Position numbers and translations under genes: made by a program. A stretch of DNA of 64,000 nt from Mobula hypostoma (Eukaryota). Location: contig NC_086097.1 in assembly GCF_963921235.1 (NCBI RefSeq), forward strand, positions 208,570,001 to 208,634,000, in the 5' to 3' direction. Numbering within the stretch: the first letter of the stretch is position 1; each line of letters opens with the position of its first letter. The notes beneath the pieces are model-generated. The model worked only from the letters and a program-made list of their open reading frames with translations, did not search any database and had not been told where the DNA came from. Positions 50,267 through 64,000 of this stretch are shown in pieces.

Positions 50267-50510
50267 ACCATAAGATCATAAGACAAAGGAGCAGAATTAG
50301 GCCATTTGGCCCATCGAGTCTGCTCTGCCTTTTCATTATGGCTGAATCATTTCCCTCCCAACCCTAATCTCCTGCCTTCTTCCTGTGTTTCTTCATGCCC
50401 TGTCTAACCAAGAATCTACCAACTTATGCCTTAAATGTACCCTATGACTTGGCCTCCACAGCCACCTGTGGCAACGAATTCCACAGATTCACCACTCTCT
50501 GGCTAAAAAC
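50267..50510 (-). mobile_element. CR1 3' end
   Basis: GAATTCCACAGATTCACCACTCTCTG and 3' hairpin and tail. Confidence 0.8.
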
Positions 50511-50577
50511 TTGAACTTAACTTGTAATTGTAATGTAATCAATGATATATTTTTTAAAATTGTATACTTAAGCACTG

Positions 50578-50785
50578 CAAGCACAAGAGATTTCGTGGAT
50601 GCTGGAAATCTAGAGCAACACACACAAAATGCTGGAAGAACTCAACAAGTCAGGTAACATCTGTGGAGAGGACCAAACTGACGTATTGGGCTGAGAGCCT
50701 CCATCAAGACTGGAAAGGAAGGGTGCATAAACCAGAATAAGTAGATGGGGGGAGGAGAAGGAGTACATACAATTGGTGATAGGTA
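50578..50785 (-). mobile_element. Degenerate Penelope terminal repeat
   Basis: Colinear with 43616-43830; hammerhead core mutated (TTGATGG..CAATAC). Confidence 0.7.
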
Positions 50786-50944
50786 ACACCCCGTACCTTG
50801 TTCAAACCCTTCTTGTCACACTGACCTCTTCAAAAAGACAAGCACAAGCATGGCCTGATATAAATGAGCACAAGGAACATTGTCACCTCATATAAATGTC
50901 TGGAGCACGTGAATCACTGTACGATCACCATCTCTGCACCAGAG

Positions 50945-51215
50945 CTGGAAGCAGTTACCGTGACGCTATTTCAGCTCAGGGTGTTCTGGACTTTGAGTTC
51001 AACTCCAGTGCCGACTGTACGTCCTCCCTGTGGAACAGGTTTTCCTCGCATGCTCCAGTTTCCTCCCACAGTCCAAAGAGGTACTGAGTATGTCAATTCG
51101 TTATTGCAATTTGTCCAGTGATTAGGTTAGAGTTATCGGGTTTGTCGAGGGTTGCTGGGGCAGCGTTGCTCAAAGGGCCAGAAGGGCCTGCCCCACACTG
51201 TATCATTAAATAAAT
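50945..51215 (+). mobile_element. HE1/V-SINE-like SINE
   Basis: TGCTCCAGTTTCCTCCCACAGTCCAAAGA core and CR1-like tail GGGCCAGAAGGGCCTG. Confidence 0.7.
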
Positions 51216-51769
51216 AGAGAAATAAAATGAATGTACAATACTATGGCACAACTGGAACAAGTTTGCCTCATATTGTAGAACAAACAAAATGTGAAAAATG
51301 TAAGTGAGGCTGTGTACCTACTCAGGGTAATCTTAACAATAACCATGTTATAGTACAGTAAATAATATAGATTTAGCATAGTTGGATATTATTGTGAATC
51401 ATATTAGAAATCCTCATGTATTGATTTATTTTTTCATGAATAAGACTGCAGGAATGGCAACAATTAAATCATTAAAATTATGTCAACTTAATTTAAGAGG
51501 TTAAATAGTATTTTAAAATGATAATAATTATAACAAAACAAAAGCCAATGTGTATAGCTTCCTGGTCAATGACATATAGTAGTTATTTGATCAAAGCAAT
51601 GTATCAACTCTGAAGCAAAGCATTCCTTGTAAAAGAGCTAGCTATTCGTAATCAAATGCTTATAAGAATCAAGTCTGTGATGATATTTGTTATAAATCGG
51701 GTAAAGGGTAAACCAAGTGAAAGAGCCATGTTGCTGAGAAAGTACTGTAGAATAAAAATATTTCACATA

Positions 51770-52325
51770 CCTATTTCTGAGCTCCACACCATTCTGACCT
51801 TACAAAGGACCAATTTAGTTCCTCGCAAACCATTTACTTTTAACATTTCTGTAGAATTCTCTTTCACCTTGTCTGCTAGGGCAAATTCATGCCTTCTTAT
51901 GTCCTTCTTGATTTCTTTCTTAAGTATTATTTCCCTTTTCTTATATCCCATAAGTATTCATTTGTTCCTACCTGCCTATACCTGCTATGCAGATCTTATT
52001 TTCTCCTAACCATGGCCTCAATGTCTCTTGAAAACCAAGGCTACCTAAACCTGTTATCTTTACCTTTTATTCTGACAAGTACATATAAGCTTTGTACTCT
52101 CAACATTTAGCTTTTTAATGCCTCCCACTTACTTACCAAGTACACCTTTGCCAGAAAGCAGCCTGCCCCAATCTACACTTGCCAGATCCTTTCAGATACC
52201 AGCAGAATTGGCCTTCGTCCAATTTTGAACCTCAACCTATCCAGACCTATCTTCTTCCCTGTTTACTTTGAAACTAATGGCATTCTGATCATGAGATGCA
52301 AAGTATTCCCCTACATAAACTTCTG
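51770..52325 (-). mobile_element. CR1 ORF2 internal remnant
   Basis: LKKEI...RRHEFALADKVKEN linker motif. Confidence 0.7.
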
Positions 52326-52699
52326 CGGCAGCAGGAGAGTACAATGTATAAAATGTATAAATTACAGTAAGAAATATATGTATATAGGAAAAAATAAATT
52401 AAATAGGCAGTGCAAAAAGAGAGCAAAAATATTGAGGTAATGTTCATGACTTAGTTCATTGTACAGAAATCTGAAGGGGCTGTTCCCAAAACATTGTGTC
52501 TGTGTGTATCTTCAGGCTCCTCTACTTTCTCTCTGATAGCAGCAATGAGAAGCGGCAAAACCTTGGTGATGGATATGAATTATGACTGGAATCTTCAAAC
52601 AATTCATCATCTAATATGTGTTAATCATTCAGAAATAACATATTCAAGATTTCAAAATCCTGACTATTTTGAGCTAGATCACCATACTTACTTTGTATT

Positions 52700-54110
52700 A
52701 TCTGAATTGAATTGACTTTATTTCTTACATCCTTCACAGACGTGAGGAGTAAAAGTCTTTATGTTATGTCTCCATCTAAATGTGCAATGTACAGTCATAG
52801 TAATTTATAATAACCTATAATAAATAGAACAGTCAATGTAGTATAGAGTACACTCAAGTCAGTGTGAGTTCATCAGTCTGATGGCCTGTTGGAAGAAGCT
52901 GTCCTGGAGCCTGTTGGTCCTGGCTTTTATGCTGCAGTATCATTTCCCGGATGGTAGCAACTGGAATAGATTATGTTTGGGATGACTCGGGTCCCCAGAG
53001 ATCCTATGGGCCCTTTTTACGCACCTGTCCTTGTAAATGTCCTGAATAGTGGGAATTCGCAACTACAGAAGCACTGGGCTGTCCGCACCACTCTCTACAG
53101 AGTCCTGCGATTGAGGGAAGAACTGTTCCCATGCCAGGTTGTGATACAGCCAGTCAGAATGCTCTCAATTGTGCCCCTATAGAAAGTTCTTAGGATTTGG
53201 GGGCCCATACCAAACTTCCTCAATCGCCTGAGGTGAAAGAGGCGCTGTTGTGCCTTTATCACCACACAGTGCGTAGAGACCACGTGAGGTCCTCAGTGAT
53301 GTGGATGCCAAGGAACTTGAAGCTGTTTACTCTCTCAAACCCAGATCCACTGATGTCAATAGGGGTTAGCCCGTCTCCATTCCTCCTGTAATCCACAACC
53401 AGCTCCTTTGTTTTTGCGACGTTGAGGGAGAGGTTGTTTCCTTGACACCACTGTGTCTGAGAGATGACTTCTTCCAGATCTGTAATCTGGATTTCACACT
53501 TTCTCAATGGATACCCTGCTGTAACTTGAATTTGAATTTTTTTAAAAACTTACATCCATCCACAACGTGAGAGAGTAAAAATCTTAGTGTTCTGACTCTG
53601 TCGCAATGTACAGACAGGTGATTTTACATGTCTAATGGCCTGTAGAAAGAAGCTGTCCCGTAGCCTGTTGGTCCTGGCTTTAATGCTGCGGTACAGTTAG
53701 CCAGACGGAAGCAGTTGGAACAGTTTGTGGTTGGGGTGACTGGTGTCCCCGGTGATTTTCCAGGCCTTCTTTATGCACCTGCTGCTGTACATATCCTCAC
53801 TAGAGGGAAGTTCACATCACTGATGCACTGGGCTGTCCCTGCCACTCTCTGCAGTGCCCAGTGATCAAGGTTGGTGCAGTTCCTGCCAGCCAGTCAGGAT
53901 GCTCTTAATGAAAGTCATGAGGACTTGGGTGCTCATGCCAAACGTCTTCAATCGCCTGAGGCGGAAGAGACACGGTTGTGCTTTTTTTGTCACGCGACCG
54001 GTGTGTACAACGCAGGTGAGATCTTCGGTGATGTGTATACCGAGGAACTTGAAACGACTCACCCTCTCACCTGCAGTCCTGTTGATGTAGATTGGGGAGA
54101 GCTTGTCTCT
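52700..54110 (-). mobile_element. Two tandem Rex1/Babar 3' ends (52700-53480 and 53530-54110)
   Basis: FKFLGIHITEDLT, KAQQRLFHLRRLRKFGM motifs twice, each with its own 3' UTR. Confidence 0.85.
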
Positions 54111-54351
54111 GTTGATGAAATAAGCCAAAAATATGTTACGGCAGCTTCATGGTTTGCAATCAGTTTTGGATGCTAAATTGAGTACTGATTGTTTTGCAAT
54201 GATAGTGAGTTGTAAATCGTCCAATTGCTGCATCATTACATTGCAAGTGCTAACCTATCAGTCACAGTCTGTTCTATTAGTTGGATGTTAGTGATCACAT
54301 GGTGCCATCCTAAAGAAGTGCAGGGGGTTATTCCAGCTTCCCTGACTAATA

Positions 54352-55446
54352 CTCAAAGTCAAAGTCAAAATCAATTTATTATCCAAGAACATATATGTCA
54401 CCATATACTACCATGAGATTAATACTTTTTACAGTCATTCCCAGCAAATACAAAAAGGCACAATGGAATTAATGAAAAACCGTACTCAACAAAGACAGGC
54501 AAACAATCAGTGTGCAAAAGACAACAAACTGTGCAAATACAAAAAAATATTAATAACAATAAATAAATAAGCAATAAATATCAAGAACATGGAACATCCC
54601 TCAATCAAAATAATTGCACCCTCCCAACCACTGAGCACATCGCCATGAAAAGTTGCAGTAGAGAAGCAGTATCCATCACCAGGGACCCCCCACCTCCCAG
54701 GTCAAGCTCTGTGCTTGCTGCTGCCTTTAGGTAGAAGGTACAAGAACCTCAGGGCTCGCACCTCCAGGTTCAACAACAGTTACTAGCTCCCAACTATCAG
54801 GCTCTTGAATAAAAGAGGATAACCACTCTGAATTGGCCCATAAATGTTCCTATAACCAATGATCTCACTCTAAGGACTCTTTATCTCATTATCTCATGTC
54901 CCTGTTATTTACTGAAACACAGAAAACCTACAGCACAATACAGGCCCTTTGGCCCATGATGCCGTGCTGAACATATACTTACTTTAGAAATTACCTAGAA
55001 TTACCCATAGCCCTCTATTTTTCTAAGCTCCCTGTTCCGATCAAGGAGTCTCTTAAAAGACTGTATTGCATCCACCTCCATCACCATCGCCGGCAGCCCA
55101 TTCTACGCACTCACCACTCTCTGTGTAAAAAACTTACCCCTGACATCGTCTCTATACTTGTTTCCAAGCACCTTAAAACTGTGCCCACTCATGTTAGCCA
55201 TTTCAGCCCTGGGAAAAAGCCTCTGACTATCCTTATGATCAATGCCTCTCATCATCGTATACTGTACACTACTATTATTTATTTATATTTGATTTTGCAC
55301 AGTTTGTTGTTTGTTGATCTTCCACTGATTCTGTTATAGCTACTATTCTACAGATTTGCTAAGCATGCCCACAAGAAAATGAATCTCAGGGTTGTATATG
55401 GTGACATATATGTACTTTGATAATAAAATTTACTTTGAAGTTTGAA
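54352..55446. mobile_element. Cluster of Rex1 3' fragments (both strands) with a nested minus-strand CR1 3' end (~54914-55260)
   Basis: Shared Rex1 tails at 54352 (-) and 55446 (+); CR1 hairpin GGCCCTTTGGCCC and CACCACTCTCTGTGT. Confidence 0.7.
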
Positions 55447-55690
55447 TAAAACTAATTTATTTTCCATTTGAATCATAGGAGCTTGACATACAAGATGGTA
55501 GTGATGTCAAAATAAAAATTCCTTAATTGTCAAATGCTGGGGTATCCTAGGGATGTTTCCAACTGCTATGAAAAGATCATCAGCTCAATAAAAGTTACCC
55601 TTTGGTCTGCTGAAAACCTTTTGACCTACTAGTGTGATGCTGCTGACTATCTCATTCCAGCGTGACTCAGACGGAGGGTCACAACAGACT

Positions 55691-55975
55691 ACAGATGCTG
55701 TAATCTGCAACAATAAAACCCAATAAGCTTGTGGAACTGAGCAGATCTAGCAGCATCTGGGGGATGAAAAGAATTGACAATATTTTGGGTTAAAACCCTG
55801 CATCGGGACTGAGAGTGGCAAGGGGAAATGGCCTCTTTATACCGGCAATGTCCCCTTTCCACTTTCAGTCCTGATCCAGGGACTTGACCAGAGCCGTTGA
55901 CAATTCCTTTCATTCCACAGATGCTGTTTGACTCGTTGAGTTTCTTCAGCATATTGCTTTTTGATTCAGACAGTG
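55691..55975. mobile_element. Inverted dimer of Penelope hammerhead-bearing termini
   Basis: Arms ~55727-55833 and ~55844-55950 are imperfect reverse complements, each with an AGTC-C(T/C)GAT..AGGG core remnant. Confidence 0.75.
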
Positions 55976-56429
55976 CAGTGACTAGCTGAATTTATAAGAA
56001 GTGAAATGATTATTTCACTTTGTCTCAAATCAGTTGTTGTCCACTCTTGCTGAGGAACACAGCTTTCAGTGACTGAATGTCTAGCTGCACATTTTTTTAA
56101 TCAACTTCCATACACACTCTAACAGTCAGAAAACTAATGGAAATAGCATATCATAGCTTTGCTCGGCTTTTTTGGCAGAATCAGCTGAAAACTGTTTGTA
56201 ATTGAATACGTTATTGGATTGGGTGAATTCCTTGTTGATGATGATAAGTCTCAGACTTTATAATGCTTGCCTCTTACATGAACTAAACAACTTTTGCTCT
56301 GCATTGAGTACTGCTTTCAGCTTTAGGTATGGGAGTACTAAAAGTGCTTGAAAAGATTCCTTAGCGTACATTGCGTATTGACAGTGAGGTACTACAGATA
56401 TTGATTTGCTTTACACATCATTCCCAGAA

Positions 56430-57280
56430 CCTGAATGTCACTGCAAGAATTCCTCAGGATTGTATCTAAGGCCCACCCATGTTCAGCTACTTCATCAATG
56501 ACCTTTCTTCTACTATTAGGTCAGGAATAGGAATGTTTGCTGATGATTGGACAATGTTGAGTTTCATTTAGAAATCCACATGCAGCATGATCCAGATAAC
56601 CTTCTGGCATGTGCTGATAAGTGACAAATAGCATGCATATTACAAAAGTACCAGGTAATAATCACCTTCAACAAACAAAGACTAACTGCCTTATATTCAA
56701 TATCATTATTATTGCTGATTCACTCCACCATCAATACGCTGGAGAAACGCTGTTGACCAGAAACTCAACTAAATCAGACACATAAATACTGTGGCTTGAT
56801 GAGCTGGGTATCCATTCAGTGATTAACTCACCTCCTGATACTTCAAAGTCCACACAACGCAAAGCACGAGTCAAATATGTGATATAAATAATATTCTTCA
56901 TTTGCCTGGATAAGAGCCGCCCTGGCAACTTTGAAGAAAATTTAAACAATCCTTGACAATGCATCCTATCCACAAACCTGAGCACTTACTGCCTCTGCTT
57001 CTGTTGCATCATTGCTGCAGTGTGTTCCATCTGCAATATGAATTTATTCCCTTCGGCTTCCATGGTATTATCTCCCAGACCTATGGCTTTCCTTGCCAGA
57101 AGGACAAGGACAGTAGGATGTGAGAACAGAACATCACCATCTGTAAGTCCCACAATATTTTGATTTGGTAATGTATTTCTTCTGCTTCATTGTTACAGGG
57201 TTGAAATCTTGGAACTCCCAACCCAACACAACTATGGGAATACCTTCACCAGAAGGAATAGAGCTATCAGGAAGGCAGCT
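56430..57280 (+). mobile_element. Ancient CR1/L2-group LINE RT remnant
   Basis: RIPQDCI*GPPMFSYFINDL...MFADD. Confidence 0.65.
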
Positions 57281-57604
57281 CAGAATCAGAATCAGGTGTA
57301 TTATTACCGGCATGTGTCACGAAATTTGTTAACTTAGCAGCAGCAGTTCAATGCAATACATAATATAGAGGAAGAAAAATAATAATAATAATTAATAAAT
57401 AAGTAAATCAGTAACAGTATACATATATTGAATAGATTATCACCTCACCACCACCTCATGAAGGGCTATCAGAAAATGACTATAAATGCTGGCCTTACCG
57501 TACAAGGCAGATATCTCAGAAATAGTGTCCCCTACCTGTCATCTTAATTTTCTTTTCATTTATTTATTTCTTGGTTTACTCAAATAACCATTCATTGTTG
57601 GTAT

Positions 57605-58262
57605 ACCATGAATGTCCAAGAAACAAAAGAGCAGATTGTGGATTACTGGAAGACCAGAGATAGGCTCGGCATGATCAACATCAGTGGGTCTGCAGTTGAG
57701 AGGCTGAGTGGTTTCAAGTTCCTCGGTATGCACATCACCGATGATCTCGCCTGGACTGTACACACAGGCTTTGTAGCAAAAAAAGCACATCAGCGTCTCT
57801 TCCATCTCAGGCGACTGAAGAAGTTTGGCATGGATCCCCAAATCCCCAAGACCTTCTACAGGGGCAGCATTGGGAGCATACTGACTGGCTGTATCACCGC
57901 CTGATATGGGAACTGCAAAGCCCTTGATCGCTGGGCACTGCAGAGAGTGGTGTGGACAGCCCAGCGCATCTGTGGATGTGAACGTCCTTCCATTGAGGAC
58001 ACTTATAGTAGCAGGTGCAGAAAGAAGGCCTGGAAAATAATCTGGGACAGCAGTCAACCCAACTATAAACTGTTTCAGCTGCTTCCGTCTGGCAAACGGT
58101 ACCCAGCATTAAAGCCAGGACCAACAGGCTATAGGACAGCTTCTTTCTATAAACCATTAGATTTTAAATTCACAAGTCTGCACCTTGTGACGGAGTCATA
58201 ACACAAAGATTTTTACTTCCTCACATTGTGGGATGGATGTAAGAATTAAATAAATTCCAAAT
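57605..58262 (+). mobile_element. Rex1/Babar 3' end (same subfamily as 52700-54110)
   Basis: FKFLGMHITDDLAW, KKAHQRLFHLRRL, LLPSGKRY. Confidence 0.88.
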
Positions 58263-58344
58263 ACTAAATATCTTACAGTTCTTACAGAAACATCTGTTGA
58301 CAGGCTATTCAATCAAGAATCTCACAACCAATGATTTAATCTCA

Positions 58345-58745
58345 TGAGAACATAAGAAATAGGAGCAGGAGTAGGCCACCTGGCCTGTCAAGCCTGCTCT
58401 GCCATTCAGTAAGGTCATGGCTGAACTGGCTATGGACTTATCTCCACCTACCTGCTTTATCCCCATAACCCTTAATTCCCCTACTATGCAAAAATCTATC
58501 CAACCTTGTCTTAAATATATTTACTGAGGTAGCCTCCACTACTTTACTTGGCAGAGAATTCCACAGATTCACCACTCTCTGGGAAAAGCAGTTCCTCCTC
58601 ATCTCCAATCTAAATCTACTCCCCCGAACCTTGAGGCTATGTCCCCTAGTTCTAGTCTCACCTACCAGTGGAAACAACTTTCCTGTCTCTATCTTATCTA
58701 TCCCTTTATGTTTCTATAAGATCTCTTCTCATCCTTCTGAATTCC
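58345..58745 (-). mobile_element. CR1 3' end
   Basis: FPLVGETRTRGHSLK..RVVNLWNSLP and tail. Confidence 0.88.
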
Positions 58746-58788
58746 TAAGCTCATGTATAGCCGCACAAACAAATATACTTATTTAAAA

Positions 58789-58911
58789 TCACAAACAAGA
58801 GTAAATCTGCAGATGCTAGAAATCCGAGCAACACACATAAAATGCTGGGGGATCTCAGCAGGCCAGGCAGCATCTATGGAAGAAAAGTACAGTCAACGTT
58901 TCGACCCGAAG
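58789..58911 (-). mobile_element. Penelope terminus truncated inside the hammerhead
   Basis: Matches 38878-38995; retains only the GAAACGTTGACT half. Confidence 0.8.
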
Positions 58912-59455
58912 CTATATATATATAGTTCTTAATGTAATGTATAGTTCTATATGTATTGCAATGTACAGCTGCTGCAAAACAGCAGATTTCATATACCAGT
59001 GATATTAAATCTAATTGTGATTCAGATTTCCCTTTACTTCAGCATGTCGAGGCTGGCAGTGATAGCGCTCCCTCTGCTGTTTCATGAAAGATCACAATAT
59101 AAAATAAAAATAGGCAAGGAAAACCATTCTAGTTTACTCATCCAAATATTCACAACTTCCCACCAAAGAACCCTCTGAATCATTTCTAATTAACACAATT
59201 CAATCATCAGAAGGACTATGGAGAATGCTCAGAGCTGCAGAAAGTTGGAAACTCAGCCAGCTCCACCATGGGCACTAGCCTCCAGCATTTAGGACGTCTT
59301 CAAAAGACGATGCCTCAAGCAGGAGGCATCTGTCAGTAAGGACCCCCAGGGCACGACCATTTTTCATTGCTACCAACAAGGAGTAGGTACAGGAGCCTGA
59401 AGCCACACACTTAGCATTTTAGGAACAGCTTTATCCCCTCTGCCAGCAGATTTAG

Positions 59456-60702
59456 ATAGAACATAGAAATTTAAAGCACATTACAGGCCGTTCGGCCCAC
59501 CATATACCCACTCTAGAAACTGCCTAGAATTTCCCCACCTCATAGCCCACTATTTTTTAAAGCTCCGTGTACCTATCTAAGAGGCTTTTAAAAGACCCTA
59601 TTGTATCTGCTTCCACCACCGCCGCCAGCAGTGCATTCCACACACTCACCACTCTCTGTGTGAAAAGCATACCCCTGACAACCTTACCTATTTCCAAGCA
59701 CCTTAGAAATATACCCCTTCATGTTAGCCATTTCAGCCCTGGGAAAAAGCCTCTGACTATCCACACAATCAATACCACTCATCATCCTATACACCTCTAT
59801 CAGGTCACCTCTCATCCTCTGTCGCTCCAAGGAGAAAAGGCCAAGTTCACTCAACCTATTCTCATAAGGTACACCCTCTAATTCAGGCAACATCCTTGTA
59901 AACCTCTTCTGCACACTCTCTACATCCTTCCCGTAGTGAGGTGACCAGAAATGAACACAGTACTCCAAGTGGGGTCTGACCAAGGTCTTATATAGCTGTA
60001 ACATTACCTCGTGGCTCTTGAACTCAATCCCATGGTTGATGAATGCCAACACACCATACGCCTTCTTAACAACACTGTCAACCTGCGCAGCAGCTTTGAG
60101 TGTCCTATTAATATGGACCCCAAGAGCTCTCAGAACCTCCACGCTGCCAAGAGTCATACCATTAATACTATATTTTGCCATCATATTTAATCTACTAAAA
60201 TTAACCACCTCACATTTATCTGGGTTGAAGTCCATTTGCCACTTCTCAGCCCAGTTCTGCATCCTATCTATATCCTGCCGTAGCCTCTGATAACCTACCA
60301 GACTATCCACAACAACACCAACCTTTGTGTCATCAGCAAACTTACTAACCCACCTTTCTATTTCTTCATCCAGGTCATTTATAAAAATCACAAAGAGGAG
60401 GGGCCCCAGAACAGACCCTTGCAGAATACCACTGGTCACTGACCTCCATGCAGAATACGAACCACCTACAGCTACCCTTTGCCTTCCGTGGGCAAACGAA
60501 TTCTGGATCCACAAAGCAAATCTCCTTGGATCTCATGCCTCCTTAATTTCTGAAGGAGCCTTACATGGGGAACCTTATCAAATGCCTTACTGAAATCCAT
60601 TTACACTACATCCACTGAACTACCTTCATTAATGTGCTTCGTTATGTCCTCAAAGAATACAATCAGGCTCGTAAGGCATGACCTGCACTTGACAAAGCCA
60701 TG
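59456..60702 (-). mobile_element. CR1 LINE 3' portion (RT)
   Basis: ORF 59684-60514 GILQGSVLGP, KFADD, LVRPHLEYCV; tail at 59456. Confidence 0.92.
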
Positions 60703-61267
60703 TATGGACAATGTCTGAATGGACAATGAACCATGTACACTATCTCACTATTTGATATCTTGATTTAATCTCTTTCTTATTGTAATTTAGTTTTCTTTTA
60801 TTACGTATTGCAATGAACTGCCGCCGAAATACAACAATTGTTATGACATGCACCAATGATATTTAACCTGATTCCAACTCCCACTTCAGGGAACTGGGAT
60901 CAGTAATGAAAATGGCCCACATCTCGAAAATATAAATCGCCCCACAGAGGCTAAATAGACAGCAAAGATATCTCATCAAAAATGAATGTCATATGTTATA
61001 AATTAAATTTTGATTTAATCTGTATTAAATTCAACTTCACAGATGCTTCCAAACTTTGTGACCAAACAGAAAGGGAAACTTGCACAGCACCAGCAGATTC
61101 CGATTACCCTTGATCTTCTGGTGTGGTAGCTATATCATTTTTTGTTTTTTACCTAAATATTCTCTAGGTTACCTTGTTCATAAGCACTGCTATATCACTA
61201 TAAAGCTCCTGAGTGCTATTATCACAGTTGACCTTTAGAGGTTTGAATTTTCTAAGAAATTAAAATC

Positions 61268-62078
61268 TGCAAAGAGGTTCACAAGAATGAAAGAGTTAAC
61301 ATATGAGGAGCATTTGACGGCTTGGGTCTAAACTCACTGAAGTTTAGAAGAATGAGGGGTATCTCATTGAAACCTACCGAATATTGAAAGGCCAAGATAG
61401 ATGGAAGTGAAGAGGATATTCCTTATTGTGGGGGAATCTAGGACCAGAGGCCACAGCCTCAGAATAGAAGGACATCCCTCTAGAGAAGAGTTGAAGAGAA
61501 TTTTCTTTAACGGGACAGTGGTACATTTGTGGAATTCTTTGCCATAAACAGCTGTGGAGGCCAAGTCATCAGGTGTATTTAAAGCAGAGGTTCATTGTTG
61601 ATTAGTAAGGGAATCAAAGACTATGGAGAGAAGTCTGGAGAATGGGATTGAGAGGGATAATAAATCAGCCATGATGTGGAGAGGATGTTTCCTCTGGTGG
61701 GAGAGTCTAAGATCAGAGGACACAGGTTCAGAATAGAGGGGCATCCATTTAGAATGGAGAGGAGGAGGAATTTCTTTAGCCAAGGAGTGGTGAATCTAGG
61801 GAATTTATTACCACTAGCAGCTGTGGAGACCAAGTCTTTATGTATATTTAAGACAGAGGTTGATAAATTCCTGATTGGTCAGGGCATGAAGGAATATGGG
61901 GAGAAGGCAGGAAAATTGGATCAGCCATGATGAAATGGCGAAGCTGACTCAATGGGCCAAATGGCCTAACTCCGCTCCTACGTCTTATGGTCCTGGGGTC
62001 TTATGATTGAATGGTGAGCAGACGTGAGGGACTGAATAGCCTAATTTTGCTCCAATGTCTTATAGTCTTATGATCTTA
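61268..62078 (+). mobile_element. Two nested CR1 3' ends (inner ~61672-62005)
   Basis: Two RGH..RIEG motifs and two (TCTTATGG)-type tails. Confidence 0.8.
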
Positions 62079-62189
62079 AAACATTTGTCCTGTTTAAATC
62101 TCCTAGTACCACAAACGCTTGTCATACAACACAAAACAAAAAGTTCTCCCTACATAGTTCAGTTGTTTTGTCTTCTATGCTACTGACAA

Positions 62190-63258
62190 GGATCCTTTAC
62201 TGGTTGGCTGCCAGTGACTAGTGGTGTTCCGTAGGGGTCAGTGCTGGGACCACTTCTTTTTATGCTGTATGTAAATGATTTAGATAATGGAATAGATGGC
62301 TTTGTTGCCAAGTTTGCAGATGATATGAAGATTGGTGGAGGGACAGGTAGTGTTGTGGAAACAGATAGGATGCAGAAGGACTTAGATTGGTTGGGAGAAT
62401 GGGCAAGAAAGTGGCAAATGAAATATAACGTTGCAAAATGCATGGTCATGCACTTTGGTGGTAGAAATAAACGTCCCGACTATTTTCTAAATGGGGAGAA
62501 AATCCAGGAATCTGAGATGCAGAGGGACTTGGGAGTCCTTGTGCAGAACACCCTGAAGTTTAACTTACAGGTTGAGTCAGTGGTGAGGAAAGCAAATGCC
62601 ATGTTAGCATTCATTTCAAGAGGTCTAGAATACGAGAGCAGGGGTGTGATGCTGAGGCTTTATAAAGCACTGATGAGGCATCACCTTGAGTATTATGAAC
62701 AGTTTTGGGCCCCTCATCTTAGAAAAGATGTGCAGGCATTGGAGAGGGTCCAGAGAAGGTTCACAAGGGTGATTCCAGGAATGTAAGGGTTATCATATGA
62801 GGAACGTTTGATGGCTCTGGGTCGGCACTCGCTGGAATTCAGAAGGATGAGGGGGGATCTCATAGAAACCTTTCGAATGTTGAAAGGCCTAGACAGAGTA
62901 GATGTGGAAAGGATGTTTCTCATGGTGGGAGAGTCTAGGACAAGGGGGCACAGCCTCAGTATAGAAGGGCGCCCTTTCAAAACAGAGATACAGAGAAATT
63001 CTTTAGCCAAAGGGTGATAAATTTGTGGAATTTATTACCACATGAAACTGTGGAGGTCAGGTTGTTGGGTGTATTTAAGGCAGAGATTGATAGGTTCTTG
63101 ATTGAACATGGCATCAAAGGTTATGGGGAGAAGCCCGGGAGCTGGGGTTGAGGAGGAGCTAGAAAAATGGATCAGCCATGATTGAATGGCGGAGCAGAAT
63201 CGATGGGCTGGATAGCCTAATTCTGCTCCTATGTCTTATGGTCTTGTGGTCTTATGGA
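62190..63258 (+). mobile_element. CR1 LINE 3' portion (RT)
   Basis: GSVLGPLLF, KFADD, RTRGHSL; (TCTTATGG)n tail. Confidence 0.92.
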
Positions 63259-64000
63259 CAAGGGACATAGTATAACATTTTGCCTTTATGGTAAGTTAGA
63301 AAAATTCTGAAAACCTTTTTTTAATGCTCAATTAAATAAAAATTGAAACCAACGTGGAATTTCTTTACCTAACACTGTAAAGGCAAAATAATAATCCATT
63401 TTACTGTTCCCTCATGAGTACACAAGGAATGAACTATTGCACTAGTTTGCGTGTTTTCAAATCTGCTTTGTCTCATCACAAATTGAGTCTTGAGTGCAGA
63501 TTTATGTAGCAATAAATTACTTTCCTGAGTCAGAGCGAACCTATTAATCACAGCAGAATCAGGGCATTGATTTGTACTTCTCAGTTGCAGTTTCTACAAT
63601 AAATCTAGAGATGGGAAAGTAATTGCAGAGAGGTTGTTTAATCTTTGCTTTGAAACAGTGAGGAGGGGCTTGTTTTTCTGATAGTGTGATTGAATTCCAC
63701 AGCACTTCCTTTACTAACCTGCCCTGATTATAAAAGCACAAGAATTACAACAAAGGGGATAACTTTACAAAATAATATTTTATGCTGTTCACTTCACCAG
63801 AATAATAGTTCATAATTCATTGCAGAATGGCAACATAGAATCAGGGAAACATGCAGCATATAAATTGGTTTATTTGGTCCACACCCTCCACACCCACCCG
63901 ATGTAAATTTGTAGTTGGTTTATTATTGTCACGTGCTGTATACTGAGATCCCATGAAAAACTTTGTTTTGCATGCCACACGTAGGGAAACAGCAATTATA

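Overview
Vertebrate, AT-rich, repeat-dense genomic DNA, most consistent with a cartilaginous fish (HER1-like CR1 LINEs, HE1/V-SINE-like SINEs, Rex1/Babar LINEs, Penelope-like elements). It is intergenic or intronic, with no confidently recognisable host gene. Most of the window is nested transposon debris: young and old CR1 copies, many Rex1/Babar fragments, two decayed Gypsy elements, three solo LTRs with TSDs, Tc1- and Tigger-like DNA transposon derivatives, an RTE remnant and Penelope-like termini carrying hammerhead ribozymes. The most interesting signal is at the CR1 ORF1/ORF2 junction. Two divergent CR1 subfamilies both carry an in-phase U_UUA_AAC slippery heptamer directly before the ORF1 stop, followed by a shared G-rich motif, with ORF2 in the -1 frame. 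In the young copy ORF2 has no in-frame AUG before the endonuclease domain. This suggests programmed -1 ribosomal frameshifting in a LINE (an inference, untested). Family names are from motif recognition, not database searches. Boundaries without a stated TSD or TIR are approximate.
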